Part shown: in pieces, positions 13,975-26,879 of the stretch
How positions within the stretch are numbered: the first letter of the stretch is position 1
Layout of the letters: every line of letters begins with the position of its first letter
Source: Mobula birostris
Lineage: Eukaryota
DNA: 64,000 nt
Direction: 5' to 3'
Assembly (NCBI RefSeq): GCF_030028105.1
Contig: NC_092390.1
Coordinates: forward strand, 39,724,777-39,788,776
The notes under the pieces: generated by a model
Seen by the model: only the letters and a program-made list of their open reading frames with translations
What the model was told of the DNA's origin: nothing
Database searches by the model: none
Program-made: the position numbers and the translations under genes

Positions 13975-14202
13975 AGGGGCGCTGTCATGACAAGCTTTTT
14001 TTGGTATGCTCATTGTACGGCGTGTCTTGGCCTTCTGAAACCTGGCAGAGCCCATCCTTCTCCAGGTTTTTTTTTATGAGGTCGAGTTGTTAGCTCGACA
14101 TTCAACCCAGGCACGAATGGAGAGCGTGCAAGGGAGCCGGCCGGATTCGAACTCGGGACCTCTCACCCCGAAGTCCAGCGCTGATGCCACTACGCCACCA
14201 GC
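13975..14202 (-). mobile_element. tRNA-derived SINE
   Basis: Minus-strand head GGCTGGTGGCGTAGTGG...GAGTTCGAATCC (A and B boxes) followed by a ~150-nt non-tRNA body. Confidence 0.75.
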
Positions 14203-14629
14203 CAATAATAAGAGGAGTAGAAGTGGTTTAAGCTACCATTAGTTAGCATGAACCGTGCTGGCCACTAATGTAATTGGACTTCGCGCAATAATGCTTGCTG
14301 CACGTAACAATGAAGATAATTAGGCTGGAGTTCACAATTAATGTGCAACCAGAAATGGGTCAAATGGATGCAGGTTCATTATTCATCATGACTACAGGTT
14401 CCATTTTCTAGTATTATCTAATTTCTCCCCATCAACGCAATAATTAATTTATTGGATGAGGATATTACTGGCAAGGCCATGACATACTGCCGTCACTCAC
14501 TGTCTGAGGAAAATGATGGTGATCAACTTTCATGAACTGCTGTAGGTCTTTTGGTGAAACAACCCCACAATAGTGGAGGGGAGAGATTTCCAGGATTTAG
14601 GCCCAGTAATGTGTAGGAAGAGCAGTATA

Positions 14630-15158
14630 CACTCAGTGACCACTTTATTAGGCACACTTGTTTCTTAATGCAAATATCTAATTAGCCAATTATGTGGCAG
14701 AAACTCAATGCATAGAAGGCTGCTGACTTGGATATGAGGATCAGTTGTTGTTCAGACCAAACATCAGAATGGGGAAGAAATGTGATCTAAGTGACTTTGA
14801 CCATGAAATGAATGTTGACGCCAGACCGGGTGGTTAGAGTATCTCAGAAACTGCTGATCTTCTGGGATTTTCATGCAGAACAGTCTCTCAAAATCTATTG
14901 AGTGGCAGTTCTGTGGGCAAAAATGCCTTGTCAGTGAGAGAGGTCAGAGGAGAATGGTCAGACTGGTTGAAGCTGACAGGAAATTGACAGCAACTCAAAT
15001 AACCATGCATTACAACAATGATGTGCAGAAGAGCATCTGTGAATGCACACCACACCGAACCTTGATGTGGATGGCTACAGCAGCAGGAAGCCATGGACAT
15101 ACACTCAGAGGCCATTTTATTAGGCACAGGAGGTACTTAATAAAGTGGCTACTGAGTG
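14630..15158 (+). mobile_element. Non-autonomous Tc1-like element
   Basis: TA-flanked TIRs CACTCAGTGACCACTTTATTAGG / TAATAAAGTGGCTACTGAGTG. Internal HTH remnant SERGQRRMVRLVEADRK.TATQIT. Confidence 0.85.
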
Positions 15159-16825
15159 TACTTCAGTGTCCGACTACTGTATGACTAAGAGGAGGACCTG
15201 AAGACTGTGGTATTTGCATGTGGCTGTTATGCTTCCCCTTCATGGTAGAAGATATTTTGGCTTTGGAAAGTATTATCAAAATAGTCTGTTTTGAGTAATT
15301 GCAGTCATTTAGTTGATGGTTCACATTGCAGTCATATTATGCTTGTGGTGAAAGATGTGAATCTTTAGTCTTGTAACTAGAAATAAGCATCAAAGTGATT
15401 TTAGTTAAGAACCTATGGGAAAACAATCATATAAAAACAACTCAAGCAAAACAGCAAATTACATTGTTCTGCCCAATTAAATTGAGTGGTACTATACTTA
15501 AGCAGCAATATGAATGCAAAGTCATTATCTCTCGTCAGGAAAGGATGAGCTGTGTGCTGTGTGTGCATTGGTTTCTGAGCATCAGTGACATTTCCAATTA
15601 AAGAAAATATTTGATAGGCTAGTCAGTTCTTATCAGTCATTAGAAAGTGAAACACAGAGCAGCAAATCTGCATTTTGGTCTGAGGCAGATAACTGTGCTT
15701 TAAAATCTGAGGCAGTAATTAGTGGTGAGAGCTTTTGAGCAAAGAATTGAAATTCAGATATTGAAGCAGATGGAAGCTTCAGACATGGCAAGACAGAACT
15801 GAGGAAATAATTGGGAATTAAAGCTTTGAAAATAGGCAGAGGAAGCCCAATGGGAATAGGAAGTCAAAAGAAAATGAATCTCACGATAGTATATGGGTAC
15901 ATATATGTACTTTGATGACAAATTTACTTTTGAACTTTGATGTAAGGTTGTGAATACAATTTAAAACAGTAGTTCCATTCTTTTGAGTGGAATTGAAGTG
16001 CTTACTATGAAACTTTTACTTGAAAACATGAATAACAACCCCATGGTTTGGAGATGTTTTTCACAGTCTTGAAAGGCATGGTTCAATTTAAAATTTGTAT
16101 GATTTGAAAGTTGTTGAATTTTGTTGTGTCAGTCCATGACAGAAAATTGGATCCATTTTCAACCACTGGAGATGCATTCTATGGGAAGATCTTTCCTCAG
16201 TAGTAATGCCACTCGGACATTGAGTATTTAGCCAAGGAAATACAGGCAGAGGAAAAACAGACTTGTTTCAGTCAATTAGAAATGGATGTTGCATTGTTTG
16301 ATAAATTTTCAATTGAAAACATTGTTTTGTCAGTTTTCAAAACAAATCCCTCAAGTGGCTTCCCTCCACATATAGGCACTCTGCCATCATTGTTCTTGGT
16401 AAGCTAAATCAGTTCTCTGTATGCATTTTGCATTTATTTACTTTTTTCACATAAGCTGTGTAATAGTGAAGTTTTGTTCCATATCTCAAATTTTTGTCAC
16501 TGGTTTGTAATTTTCGGAAGACAGGTTTCTGTTACCTGAAATGCTATAATGTGGGGTGGGAGGGCACTGTATCACTCAGAAGTATCCATTTTTCCTTGAA
16601 ATTCCGCTCATCAGAACATTAGAGAGGCTGTGAATCATGATAACGGAGGTGTCATTTTTTCAACATGAAATAGACATGATGATAGCATCAATGTGCAATT
16701 CCTTCAGTTCCTTAATAATGACAGTAATTCTTTCAATAATGTGCCACGCACATCACATACATATCACTTACTGCTCAACAAGGGGCTAATCATCCACCAA
16801 TGTTGGCTGTGATAAATGCGATTGT

Positions 16826-17255
16826 CAGAATCAGAATCAGGTTTAATATCACCAGCATATGTTGTGAAATTTGTTAACCTAGCAGCAGCAGCAGCAGTAC
16901 AATGCATAACTATAGGGAAAAATAAATGAATTACAGTTAGTATATATTTGTATATTAAATAGTCAAATCTAAAAATAGAAATAATAAAAAAGTGTGGTAG
17001 TGTTCATGGGTTCAATATCCATTTAGAAATCAGGTGGCAGAGGGGAAGAAGCTGTTCCTAAATCGCTGTGTGTGTGCCTTCAGGCTCTTGTACTTCCTCC
17101 CTGATGGCATCAATGAGAAGAAGGCATGTCCTGGGTGATGAGGGTCCTTAATAATGGACGTTGCCTTTCTGAGGAACCACTCCTTGAAGATGTCTTGGAT
17201 ACTACGGAGGCTAGTACCCATAATGGAGCTGACTAATTTTATAACTTTCTGTAGT
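16826..17255 (-). mobile_element. Rex1/Babar-type LINE 3' fragment
   Basis: LQKVIKLVSSIMGTSL.SIQDIFKEW.LRKATSIIKDPHHPGHAFF peptide and (TCTGAT)n tail. A related fragment lies at ~17720-18140. Confidence 0.75.
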
Positions 17256-19167
17256 AATGAGGCCATTTCTGAATCTAATAAGATTTTATGACAATCCAGT
17301 AGTTCCATGGTTACAGTGACTGCGGTAAATGCTTCTATTGCTATCCCGACAAATACATTGTTGTTAAAAATATTTCATAATTTGGGCATCTTCACTTTAA
17401 GAAAACATTTTTGTGGTTCTCTCCCATTGAAAAGCACTGGAAGCTGACACAGAAGTCACTTTCTCTTTTTGGAGCATTATCATGTAAGAGGCAACTCTGT
17501 GCTGTTAAAGGCCCAGTGGCAGCTACCGCAGGCAACCTTGGAGATGAGGGAAAGGAGAAGGGAAAGCAGAAAATCGAGAATGAGTGGGGAACTGAAGTCA
17601 GGGGAAGGATTTGATTGCACAGTATTGGCCTGTGGTGCTCCACGTGATATGGTGTGGCACTATTAGTTACCATATAATGATTAGGCCCCGTACTGTGACT
17701 GATCTGTTATTACACCAAAGTCTAAGTTGAGTTTATTTTTCATATGCACAAGTGCAACAGAAAACTCAGATTCCGCAGCATTGCAAGCACATAAAACATT
17801 AACAAGAAAACCATAAATTAATTATATATATATATAAATGCCATATTTGTACAAGAAAGAGCACATTAGAACAAAATAACACATCCATTTTAGTACAAAA
17901 ACTGATCAGAGTGGTCATGGTGCGAAACAGTAGTGATTAATGCTATGTCAGTTGGTTCCAGAACTGAATGGTTAAAGGGAAGTAACTGTTCCTGTATATA
18001 TTGGTCTTCAAGCTTCTGTACTTCCTTTGCTGATGGTAGAAGGTGTGAGAAGCCGGCATGGTCCAGATCTTTGATGATGGTTGTTGCCTTCTTGGGGCAA
18101 TGGCTCCTGTAGATATTACCGGTGGTGGGGAAAGATGTGCCCTTGATGTGTCAGGACTACTGTCTAGACATAGGACAAATCTGCCTGTCTTTGGGGGGGG
18201 GTGGGGTCAATGTAAATTGGTGTAGCGTATTCACTCACCCCTTTAATCCATGTTTGATTTCTGACTTTCAACACAATATCCTCCTTGTTCTACAATGTAT
18301 GAACAACAAAGTTTGTGGGCAGCTCATTTTCAATTCCATTTCTATTAATAATTCATAAACATGCTGAGTGATGAACAACATCATATTTGTGAAAAGCAAA
18401 GAGATAGGACACCAGGGATAGGGTGAATTACAACAGGAAGTCCAATTTTCTGGTCGGTGGAACTTCTGCCAGGAATAGATATAACTACTTGAAAACACGA
18501 ACAAAACATTTTTGTTTTGTGAGTGATTTACCTACAAGAGAACAGGTGCAAACGTTTATTTTTATGGAACCTATTTTCTAGTAACATTACTTGAATTAAA
18601 GTGTACCTACTGGGATATTAATATTTTGCCCTCTCGTTGAGACTGTGCGGATGAATACTGTTCTGAGCAGCAGATCAGTTTTAGTGTGTCTGTGAGCTTG
18701 CAACAGCTTCTTATTACAGAAATCCTTCCTTGTATTGTAATCCTGTCCCTGACAGGGACTTTGAGGATGCATGCATGGGTACAATCATGGGGGATTGGAG
18801 TGGGGGAAGGGGGAAGTATACACATGCATTGCAGCTCCACTGCCTGACTACCGCACCCATTCCCTCAGCACCTCCATTGTGTTTTCCTTTATCTTTATGA
18901 CAGTTTATTGCTATTGTACTGCGGTTGCTATGGAAATATGCACTTTAATGTACTGACGTGTCATGGAGTCACAGAGATGCACAATCAGGAACAGGCCCTT
19001 CAGCCCATCATATCCCTGTCACCCATCATAATTATCTATACTAATTCAGTCTATTTGCATTCAGTCCATAGCTTAAGCATCAGTGTTTCAGTGTTCCAAT
19101 CTATGTATGGTCTGTACTGGTTAAGAATGGCAAATGTTCCTCCCAGAAGACCATTAGTTAACAGAGG

Positions 19168-19420
19168 ACACACACAAAATGCTGGAGGAACTCAGCAGGT
19201 CAGACAGCATCTATAAAATTGAATAAACTGTAGATGTTTCAGACTGAGACCTTTTACCAGGACAGGAAAGGAAGGTTGAAGAAGCCCCTTTGAAGGGAAA
19301 AAGAAGGATGAAACACCAACTGTTTACTCATTTCCATAGATGCTACCTGACCTGCTGAGTTCCTCCAGCATTTTGTGTGTGTTACTCTGGATTTCCAGCA
19401 TCTACAGAATATCTTATATG
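19168..19420. mobile_element. Penelope-derived foldback mini-element
   Basis: Inverted arms ACACACAAAATGCTGGAGGAACTCAGCAGGTCAGACAGCATCTAT / ATAGATGCTACCTGACCTGCTGAGTTCCTCCAGCATTTTGTGTGT. Confidence 0.75.
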
Positions 19421-19994
19421 TATTAGGTTCAATAGATTCGATAGGTACATTTAATGTCAGAGAAATGTATACAAGAAAGGTCCTGAAATCCTTTTTCTTC
19501 ACAAACAGCCACAAAAACACAGGAGTGCCCCAAAGAATGAATGGCAGTTAAACGTTAGAATCCCAAAGCACCCCCCAGCTCCCCCCTCCCGTGCACAAGC
19601 AGCAGCAAAGCAATGTCCCCCCATTCATTAGCGAACAGATGGGTTTTTTATATGACAGTCCAGTGGTTTCATGGTTTCAGTGCCAGGGAATTTTGTTTAG
19701 ATTTTCCAGATTGATTGAATTACTTGAATTTAAATTCCCTAGTTCATGTGGTGGGATTTGAACTTGTGTCTCTGGGTTCGTCATCTAGCCTTCGTAATTT
19801 AAACACTATGTCACAGTATCCTCATTGTGATAGCCTGTCATGCAAGAGAGAGGAAAGTGTTTGGATGATGTGACTGTTACAGTTCAACACAGCGTATTCA
19901 AGCTATGTTAGCAGCTGCTCCTCAAGTGTGAGAGTGCAATGGAGTTTATGAATCTTAATTATTGATAGATTGCTAGAGGCTGGTGAAGAACTGA

Positions 19995-20530
19995 AAACTG
20001 AGCAAGATTGCTGGCTATATTTCATTAGGTGTTTGAGGAGTTTTGCAATGACACCAAAGACTCTAGCAAATTTCTACAGATGTACCATGGAGAGCATTCT
20101 GACTGGCTGCATCACAGTCTGGCGTGGAGAGGCCAATGTAGAGGGTTGGAAAAATTTGTGAACTCAGCCAACTCCATTTTGGATGTTATACTCACCAGCA
20201 TCAAAGACATCGTCACAAGGCGGTGACTCAAAGAGGACCCCCACCACCCGAGACACAGGACTTGCCCTCTTCACATTACTAGCATCAGGAAGGAGGTACA
20301 GGAACCTGAAGATCCACACTCAACGCTTTAAGAGCAGCTTCTTCCCCTTCACCATCAGATTTCTGAACAGTCCCTGATCCTATAAGCACTACCTCACTAC
20401 TTTGCTTTCTTGTTGCATTACTTTTTAAAAAAATATTTCTTGTTGTAACTTACAGTATATAATGTTTTGTGCTGCCGCAAGACGACAAATTTCACGACAA
20501 AATGCCAGCGATAATAAACTTGGTTCTGAT
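19995..20530 (+). mobile_element. Rex1/Babar-type LINE 3' fragment
   Basis: LYFIRCLRSFAMTPKTLANFYRCTMESILTGCITVW and TQRFKSSFFP remnants, with a (TTCTGA) tail. Confidence 0.8.
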
Positions 20531-20597
20531 TCTGGTGCAGATAGTAGGATATAGTGTTTGATATGTTTTCACTGAATTTTATCCATATATAATCCAT

Positions 20598-20830
20598 ACC
20601 GGGTAGCATAGTGGTTAGCATCATGCTATGACATCACCAGGGACCTGGGTTCAATTCACCCTGCTATCTGTAAGAAGTTTCTACATTCTCACCTTAACCA
20701 TCTGGGTTTCCTGCAGGAGCTCGAGTTTCTTCTCACATTCCAAAAAGACACATGGGTTAGTAGGTTAATTGGTCACATGGGTATAATTGGGCAGCACAGG
20801 CTTGCTGTGCCAGAAGTGCTCCAGGTATTC
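20598..20830 (+). mobile_element. V-SINE (HE1/DANA-like)
   Basis: tRNA-like head with GGTTCAATT, then GGGTTTCC..GGAGCTC..GTTTC..CTCACATTCCAAA central domain. Related copies at ~27428-27560, 34240-34508 and 46265-46556. Confidence 0.7.
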
Positions 20831-21484
20831 GCCTCCTAAATAGTCTCCTGTTACTGCCTGAGCAGGGTGCTGCTAACCACTTTGTCAAGCCCAACCCTGT
20901 GGATAGAATGCAACTTACCTCTTTCCACCCCCATGGGTCTCCAGAGCATCACTGGAACATAATAGAGATCACTGTCTCTCACGTTGTACCATCGCTGTTT
21001 GTCCAAGTTTCATTCATTGCCAGAATTATTTCCGCCAGACCTTTCTGTAACTATATGTCTACTTGTTAAGAGATGTGTTACGCCTTTCAGCAGTATGTTA
21101 GCTTCAACTTGTGCCAGTCTCTCACAAAACTGAGACCCCTGTTGAGGTGCTAATAAGCTTAACAGTGTCATTAGCACCGGCTGGTGCCACGATGTGCCAA
21201 TGTGTAGGCAGCATAACATCGGTATGTTTCTTGTATGAGTCAAACGGGCTTGGATAACCACTTGTGATGGCAGCACATATTTTTCTTGTGCTACCAGAAG
21301 TTAACCCTCTGAGTATAGTCTGTGAAATTAGAAGTAAACCTCCCCTCTCCACTCGCAGTCCTGATGCAGGGTTTTGACCCAAAATGTTGTACATTCCTTC
21401 CCTCCCACAAGTGCTGCTCAACTTGTTCAATTCCTCTAATGGTTTTTATTTTGCGCTAGATTCCAGCATTTGCAGTCACTTGTT

Positions 21485-22190
21485 CAAAATTCAAAGAAAA
21501 TGTATTTGTAAGGTACATATGAGCCACCAGATCCAACCCTGAAATTCATTTTCTTGTAGGCATACTCAACAAATCTATAGATTTATAACCATAACAGAAT
21601 CAGTGAAAGACTACATTCAAGCAAGGATTCAAAGTACATTTATTATCAAAGTATGTATATAGTATGCAACCCTGAAATCTGTCTTCCCCACAGACAGTCA
21701 CGAAACAAATAAGAACCTGTTCAAAGAAAAAAAATCAAACATCAAACACCTCTCCCACTGTGCAAAGCAAATTGCACGAACGGTAACAAAAAAGTGTGAA
21801 AACACAGAAAATAAACATCAAATCAAAAGGCAGAAGACAATAAACCATGGAAGGACAAAAAGAAATAATTATGATAAATAAATAAGCAATAAATATCAAG
21901 AACATGAGATGAGGAGTCCTTGATAGTGCGTCCATTGGTTGTGGGAAAATTTCAATGATGGGGCAAGTGAAGTTGAGTGAAGACCCTTTGGTTGAAGAGC
22001 CTGACGGTTGAGTGGTAGTAACTGTTACTGGATTTGGCGGTGTGAGCCCAGAGGTCCTATACTTTCTTTCTGATTGCAGCAACGAGAAGAAAGCATGTCC
22101 TATACGGTGGGGGTCCCTGATGATGGATGCTGCTTTCCTGCGACAGCATTTCATGTAGATTTGCTCAATGGTAGGGCGAGCTCTACCTGC
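21485..22190 (-). mobile_element. Rex1/Babar-type LINE 3' fragment(s)
   Basis: MKCCRRKAASIIRDPHRIGHAFFSLL remnant. Two tandem (TTTGAA)-type tails at ~21490 and ~21628. A further fragment lies at ~22915-23130. Confidence 0.75.
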
Positions 22191-22209
22191 AGTGGACTGA
22201 GCCGTATCC

Positions 22210-22910
22210 AAGCAACTCTCACAAAATGCTGGAGGAACTCAGCAGGTGAGGCAGCATCTATGGACAAGAGTAAACTGTCAACCTTTCGGGCCAAGACTCT
22301 TCATCAGGACAAGCGAAAAAAAATGAGAAGTCAGAATTAGAAGGTGGAGGGAGGGCAGGAAGAAATACAAGGTGACGGGTGAAACTGAAGAGAGGAGGAG
22401 GGGTGAAGTAGAGAGCTAGGAAGTTGATTGGTGAAAGAGATAAAGGGCTGGAGAAGGAGGAATCTGATAGGAGAGGACAGGAGGTCACGGAAGAAAGGGA
22501 AGAGGGAGGAGCACCTGAGAGAGGTGATGGGAGGTGAGGAGATGAGAGAGGGAAATGGAAATGGTGAAGTGGGGGGCAATTACTGTAAGTTCAAGAAATC
22601 AATGTTCATGCCATCAGATTGGAGGCTTCCCAGACAGAATACAAGGTGTTGATCCTCCAGCCTGAGTGTGGCCTCATTGCGGCAGTAGAGGAGGCCATGG
22701 ACTGGCATGTTGGAATGGGAATGGGAGGTAGATTTAACATAGTGGCCACTAGGAGATCCTGCTTTATCTGGCAGACAGAGTGTAGGTGCTCGGCGAAGTG
22801 GGCTCATGACCATTCAGGGCCCTAAGCAGTCCTTCCAGGTGAGGTGACTCTTCACCTGTGAGTCTGTTGGGGTCATCTACTGTATCCAATGTTTCTGGTG
22901 TGGCCTCCTG
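22210..22910 (-). mobile_element. Penelope-like element 3' part (GIY-YIG + pLTR)
   Basis: HSHSNMPVHGLLYCRNEATLRLEDQHLVFCLGSLQSDGMNIDF, a pyrimidine-rich 3' UTR and a pLTR with hammerhead motif at 22275-22312. Confidence 0.85.
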
Positions 22911-23488
22911 CATATCAGTGAGACCTGACATAGATCGTTTGTGATTGGGCTTTATCCATTACTTTTTGTAAGATTTTCCATTCAGCGGCATTGGTGTGAT
23001 GTAGCCAGTCACTATACTCTTCATTATACATCGATAGAAGTGTGCCAGTGTTTCAGATGTCATGCCAAATCTCTGCAAACTGCTAAGGAAGTAGAGATGC
23101 TGTGAAGCTTTCTTCGTAATTGCACTTACTTGTTTCTCCAAAGATATGGTTCTTTTTACTTATCTAGTCAGGGGGTAAAATTAAAGCTTGTAACCTAGAC
23201 TTTACGAATGGTAAGAGATGTCAAATATCTCAAATCTCATGTGCAACAATAATAATATTGTGGTTCTGCAGAACCCACCTCATGGACCATTTATAATCAT
23301 ACAAAAACGTGAAAAAGAACATCAGTTTTATAGCTTGAATTCAACATTTCTCTTGTTTTAAAAAGGGCTTCATTGATGACTTGACTCTTCTCGGTATTAG
23401 GAGACAAACATATCACATTCTTCAGGGTTAATTTCTCTTCAAAAGATTGAGACAAAAATGTGAAGTTAAGAAAGTGAAAAATATATAC

Positions 23489-26400
23489 TGCGGCAAGCGA
23501 TTGGTCCATAATGACAGATGAGGAATCTTGTTAAACTTGACCATAGTTTTATTGTGATAAATACAAAAATAGACTGGGCACCATGACCCGGAGACAGAAC
23601 AGCTCAGACTCGGACAGATGGGGGAGGTGACCATCACACATCCTAGTTACAGTTAAGGTGACCCACAAATACACAAGTGAATAACTGCATAACCCAAGCT
23701 AAAATGTAACAATACATGAACTTGAACTTCCCATCATAACCCCACAAAAAAAGCATTTTAACAGCATTGGTCATTAGAAATGCAGGGCCAGGCTGCTGAC
23801 ACCAGCCCTCCTTCCCCACCCCCGGAATGTCACACTGCCCCCAACCGAGGGGTCAGCTGTCTTTGGCAACCCCAGAGTCCATAAATCCCGGTGGTGGTCA
23901 ATGTCGCTGCCAGGGGCTTTGGGGGGGGGGGAGGGGGGTTTCTGGAGACCCCCTCCCCCAGGGGAGGCACAGTTTGGTGAGGCAGGAGGCAGGACAGTCA
24001 CTTCCTTCTTTCAGCCTCACTAGGTTGCTGGTGGCTAAGGGCTGACATAATGCCAGCTGGTCTTGGTGCAACATGACTGTCTTCCGCTGCTCAGTTATAT
24101 ACCACATCAGAGGTGCAGTTGGGCACCTATCCCGGCCCCTTCCAGTGGCTTCCCAGCTTGTGGGATAGTCCCTTCTGCCAGGAGGGGCAGTGGACCTATA
24201 CTAGGGCCCCCACCATGTACTGCTGCATTGGCGCCCTAAACTGGTGGCCCAGCCCCTTCCGGGCTGTGCACGCATCATGGCAGTACACCGACAGCTCCAC
24301 ATCCTGCCTCTACCCAGGCCAGTAGAAGCATTCATGCAGCTTTCCCAATGACTTTGCAACCCCAAAATGGCCAGCCCCCACCAGCCTGTGCACTGACTGC
24401 AGCACCGTGGCACAGAGCCCCGGGGGACCACCAGCTGCAAGAGATGTCTGTCACCATCAGGCAACTGGCACAGCAAGCCATCGTGCCCCTCCAGCGTTCC
24501 CCACTGCGAGTATAGAGCTTCGGCCTCTTGATCCAGGGCGGAAACCTCTGTCCACTCCAGCCGTCGTCCCACACACTCGGCCATTCCCTTACCTGAGCCA
24601 GCACAGAATTGCTCACCTGTTCACTACGCAGCTGCTCTTGGCTCCATGGTTGGGGAGGTCGTTGCCGGCCGTCACCTGAAGGGGCATCGCCATTGCTCGT
24701 GCCTGGTTCCGCTGTGCTGCGCTGGGCCACTACGGGGTGTGCTGCACTGCCTCGGGTCGCTGTGAGAGCGGTGGTGGTTGTTGCTGCGCCCAACCTGTCC
24801 GCTTCCTGGAGCTGCCCTGCCGGAGAGCCACGATTTCCGCACCGAGGTAGAGTGTTGCTCCCGGAACATCCACACTCAACGGGACAGCAAATCCAGCCTA
24901 GTGACGTAAGTGAGCCACACCTTGTGCTCCATTGCGTTTTCCAGCCCAGGAGGGGATGGTTGGTCGTGGTGGGGTGTACACCTGGACAGATGATGGTGAT
25001 GGTCAACCCCCGTGTCCACCAAGGCACGGCATTTGATGCCCTCCACCCGCACAGTCAACATATAAGCCTGTTTCTTGACCCAAATGGCCCACCTAGAGGG
25101 GCAACAATGGAGTGATTCTGCTGGAGGTCTCGAGTGGCACTGCCTGCTCGGTGTTTCCCAGTGGCCGTGTTGGGCTGTGACACGGTGCTGGTGCGGGCGG
25201 TCCTGGGCCAAATGACCAACCTCTCTGCACAGGTAGAAGGGATCATTTCATGGCCCACGGCGGAGTCAGCGCGAGGCTGGCAGGCTCCTTCTCGTCGGTT
25301 TCCTCCTCCGCCTCGGTGAGACAAGCCCCGGCTCGTGGCATGCAGTGCGATGCTGGAACACCTGGGGTGGAAGGTGGTGGAACTAAAAATTGATTCTGCT
25401 CCCTCCACCTCTGCCAGCACTTCGGCCAGTGATGATGGCAATATCAGGCAAACACGCTGACAAAGGTGCTCCGGTATCAGCGCCTTTACAAAGGCTTGGA
25501 GGGCAATCTGTTCTTGGGCCGCGGGAGGGAACTGGGAGATAGTCATGCCGAGCACAGTGGCGGAGATCTGCTGCAAGCGCCCCCGAACTTTCTCCCACAC
25601 GGCGCCGTCTGCCGCACAGTTCTTCCCTCATTGCTTCTGTCAAAGGCCTGTGGTGGAAAAGCTGCTCCAGCGCCCTGTAGTCATTCTGCTCTGCTGGCGT
25701 TAGGTCGAGGAGGACCCACAGGGCATCCCCCTCCAGCGACAGGACAAGGTGCACCGCTGTCCTGGTGGGGTTCCACCCATTGTGCCATGCCGCAAGTTTG
25801 GCACGGCAGGTAAGGCACCAGGTGGCTGGTACTGTTATACCTGGGGCGGACCTTGTGGCGCTAATCGTCGAGGCCCATTGGTCTTCCTGTTGCTCTGACG
25901 GCATCTGCCATGGTGCCCATCCTCCCATGGATCTCCAGTGTCTTGGGTTCCCCGGTGTGGGTCGTGACAGAGGCGGGTGATGGGCTGCACCGTGTCCCCT
26001 GGGTTGGGGAGCCTGGGTACGCTCTCTCCGTTGGGGCTCCCTGGGAAGGCACAATGCTCAGTTCCCATGTCCTCCCTCTGGGTCCTGACTTCATAAGCGC
26101 GGCCTGGTGATGCAGGGGAGGCACAATGCTCGGTCCCTCGGCTTACTCCCCAGGTCTTAAGGTGCCCTATCCGATATCATAGCTCTTAAGTCTCGCTGTC
26201 AATTTTGGATCCCGCTCCTTGACACCAATGTGGCAAGCATTTGCCCCATAATAACAGACAAAGAAGCTCGTTAAACTCAACCACAGTCTCATACAGTTAG
26301 GGGAGATGAGCATAACACAGCCCAGTTACAGTTAGGATGACCCACAAATACACAAGTGAATAACAAGCTAAAAAGTAGCAATAAATGAACTTGAACTTCC

Positions 26401-26514
26401 CACCATAATCCCCCAAAAACATTTTAACACAAGAACAATAAACAGTACTAGTCATTAGAAATACAAGGGCAGGCTGTCAACTATGCCCCTCCCCCACCCC
26501 TCCAGAGCGTCACA
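23489..26514 (-). mobile_element. Gypsy LTR retrotransposon, internally deleted (gag-protease-partial integrase; no RT/RNase H)
   Basis: LTRs at 23489-23834 and 26229-26514 (TG...CA). PBS TGGTGTCAAGGAGCGGGAT (tRNA-Leu-like) adjoins the right LTR and PPT GGTTGGGGGCAG adjoins the left LTR. 4-bp flanks ATAC/ATAT. Remnants: gag (AVHLVLSLEGDAL, ALQAFVKAL), protease (RALVDTG) and integrase zinc-binding region. Confidence 0.9.
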
Positions 26515-26879
26515 ATATTTTTGCGTCCTTTTGTTAAGATTGCTAGTTCTGAAACTTAAAAAAAAGGTGTCCGACTCAGAATTGTAGAACTGTACAATAT
26601 GAAAAATGTTTTGAGTAATAATAAAAGTACTGTGTTGTTTTTCAGATGCAATGGAGCTTTGCACTCCTCAAAGGGATAATCAATACTTTTCTACTGCTAG
26701 ATTAAGGATTCAGTGAGCCTCTTCTTTACAGTACTTGTTTAGAAAATGATGGGAGGTGACTTTACTGACATCACTGATGGGTGTAAGGGCATACAAAGTG
26801 TAGAGAGAGAGGGTGCAGGTGTCAGAGGTTTGTTGTACAGCATAGAGTGCAACATTTGCATCACAGTAATTAGGACAAA
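26515..26879 (+). promoter_or_regulatory. Probable TdT proximal promoter / 5' UTR
   Basis: Unique sequence between an LTR end and the ATG. Contains E-box CAGGTG (26816-26821) and octamer ATTTGCAT (26854-26861). No obvious TATA box. Function is inferred. Confidence 0.5.

Noticed and set aside
14130-14202. Possible tRNA gene on the minus strand
   Set aside because: It continues into a SINE body and tail, and I see no convincing full cloverleaf or terminator.
1-26500. BLNK first exons on the minus strand (expected from recalled synteny)
   Set aside because: No MDKLNK- or KMVHDIK-like sequence found.
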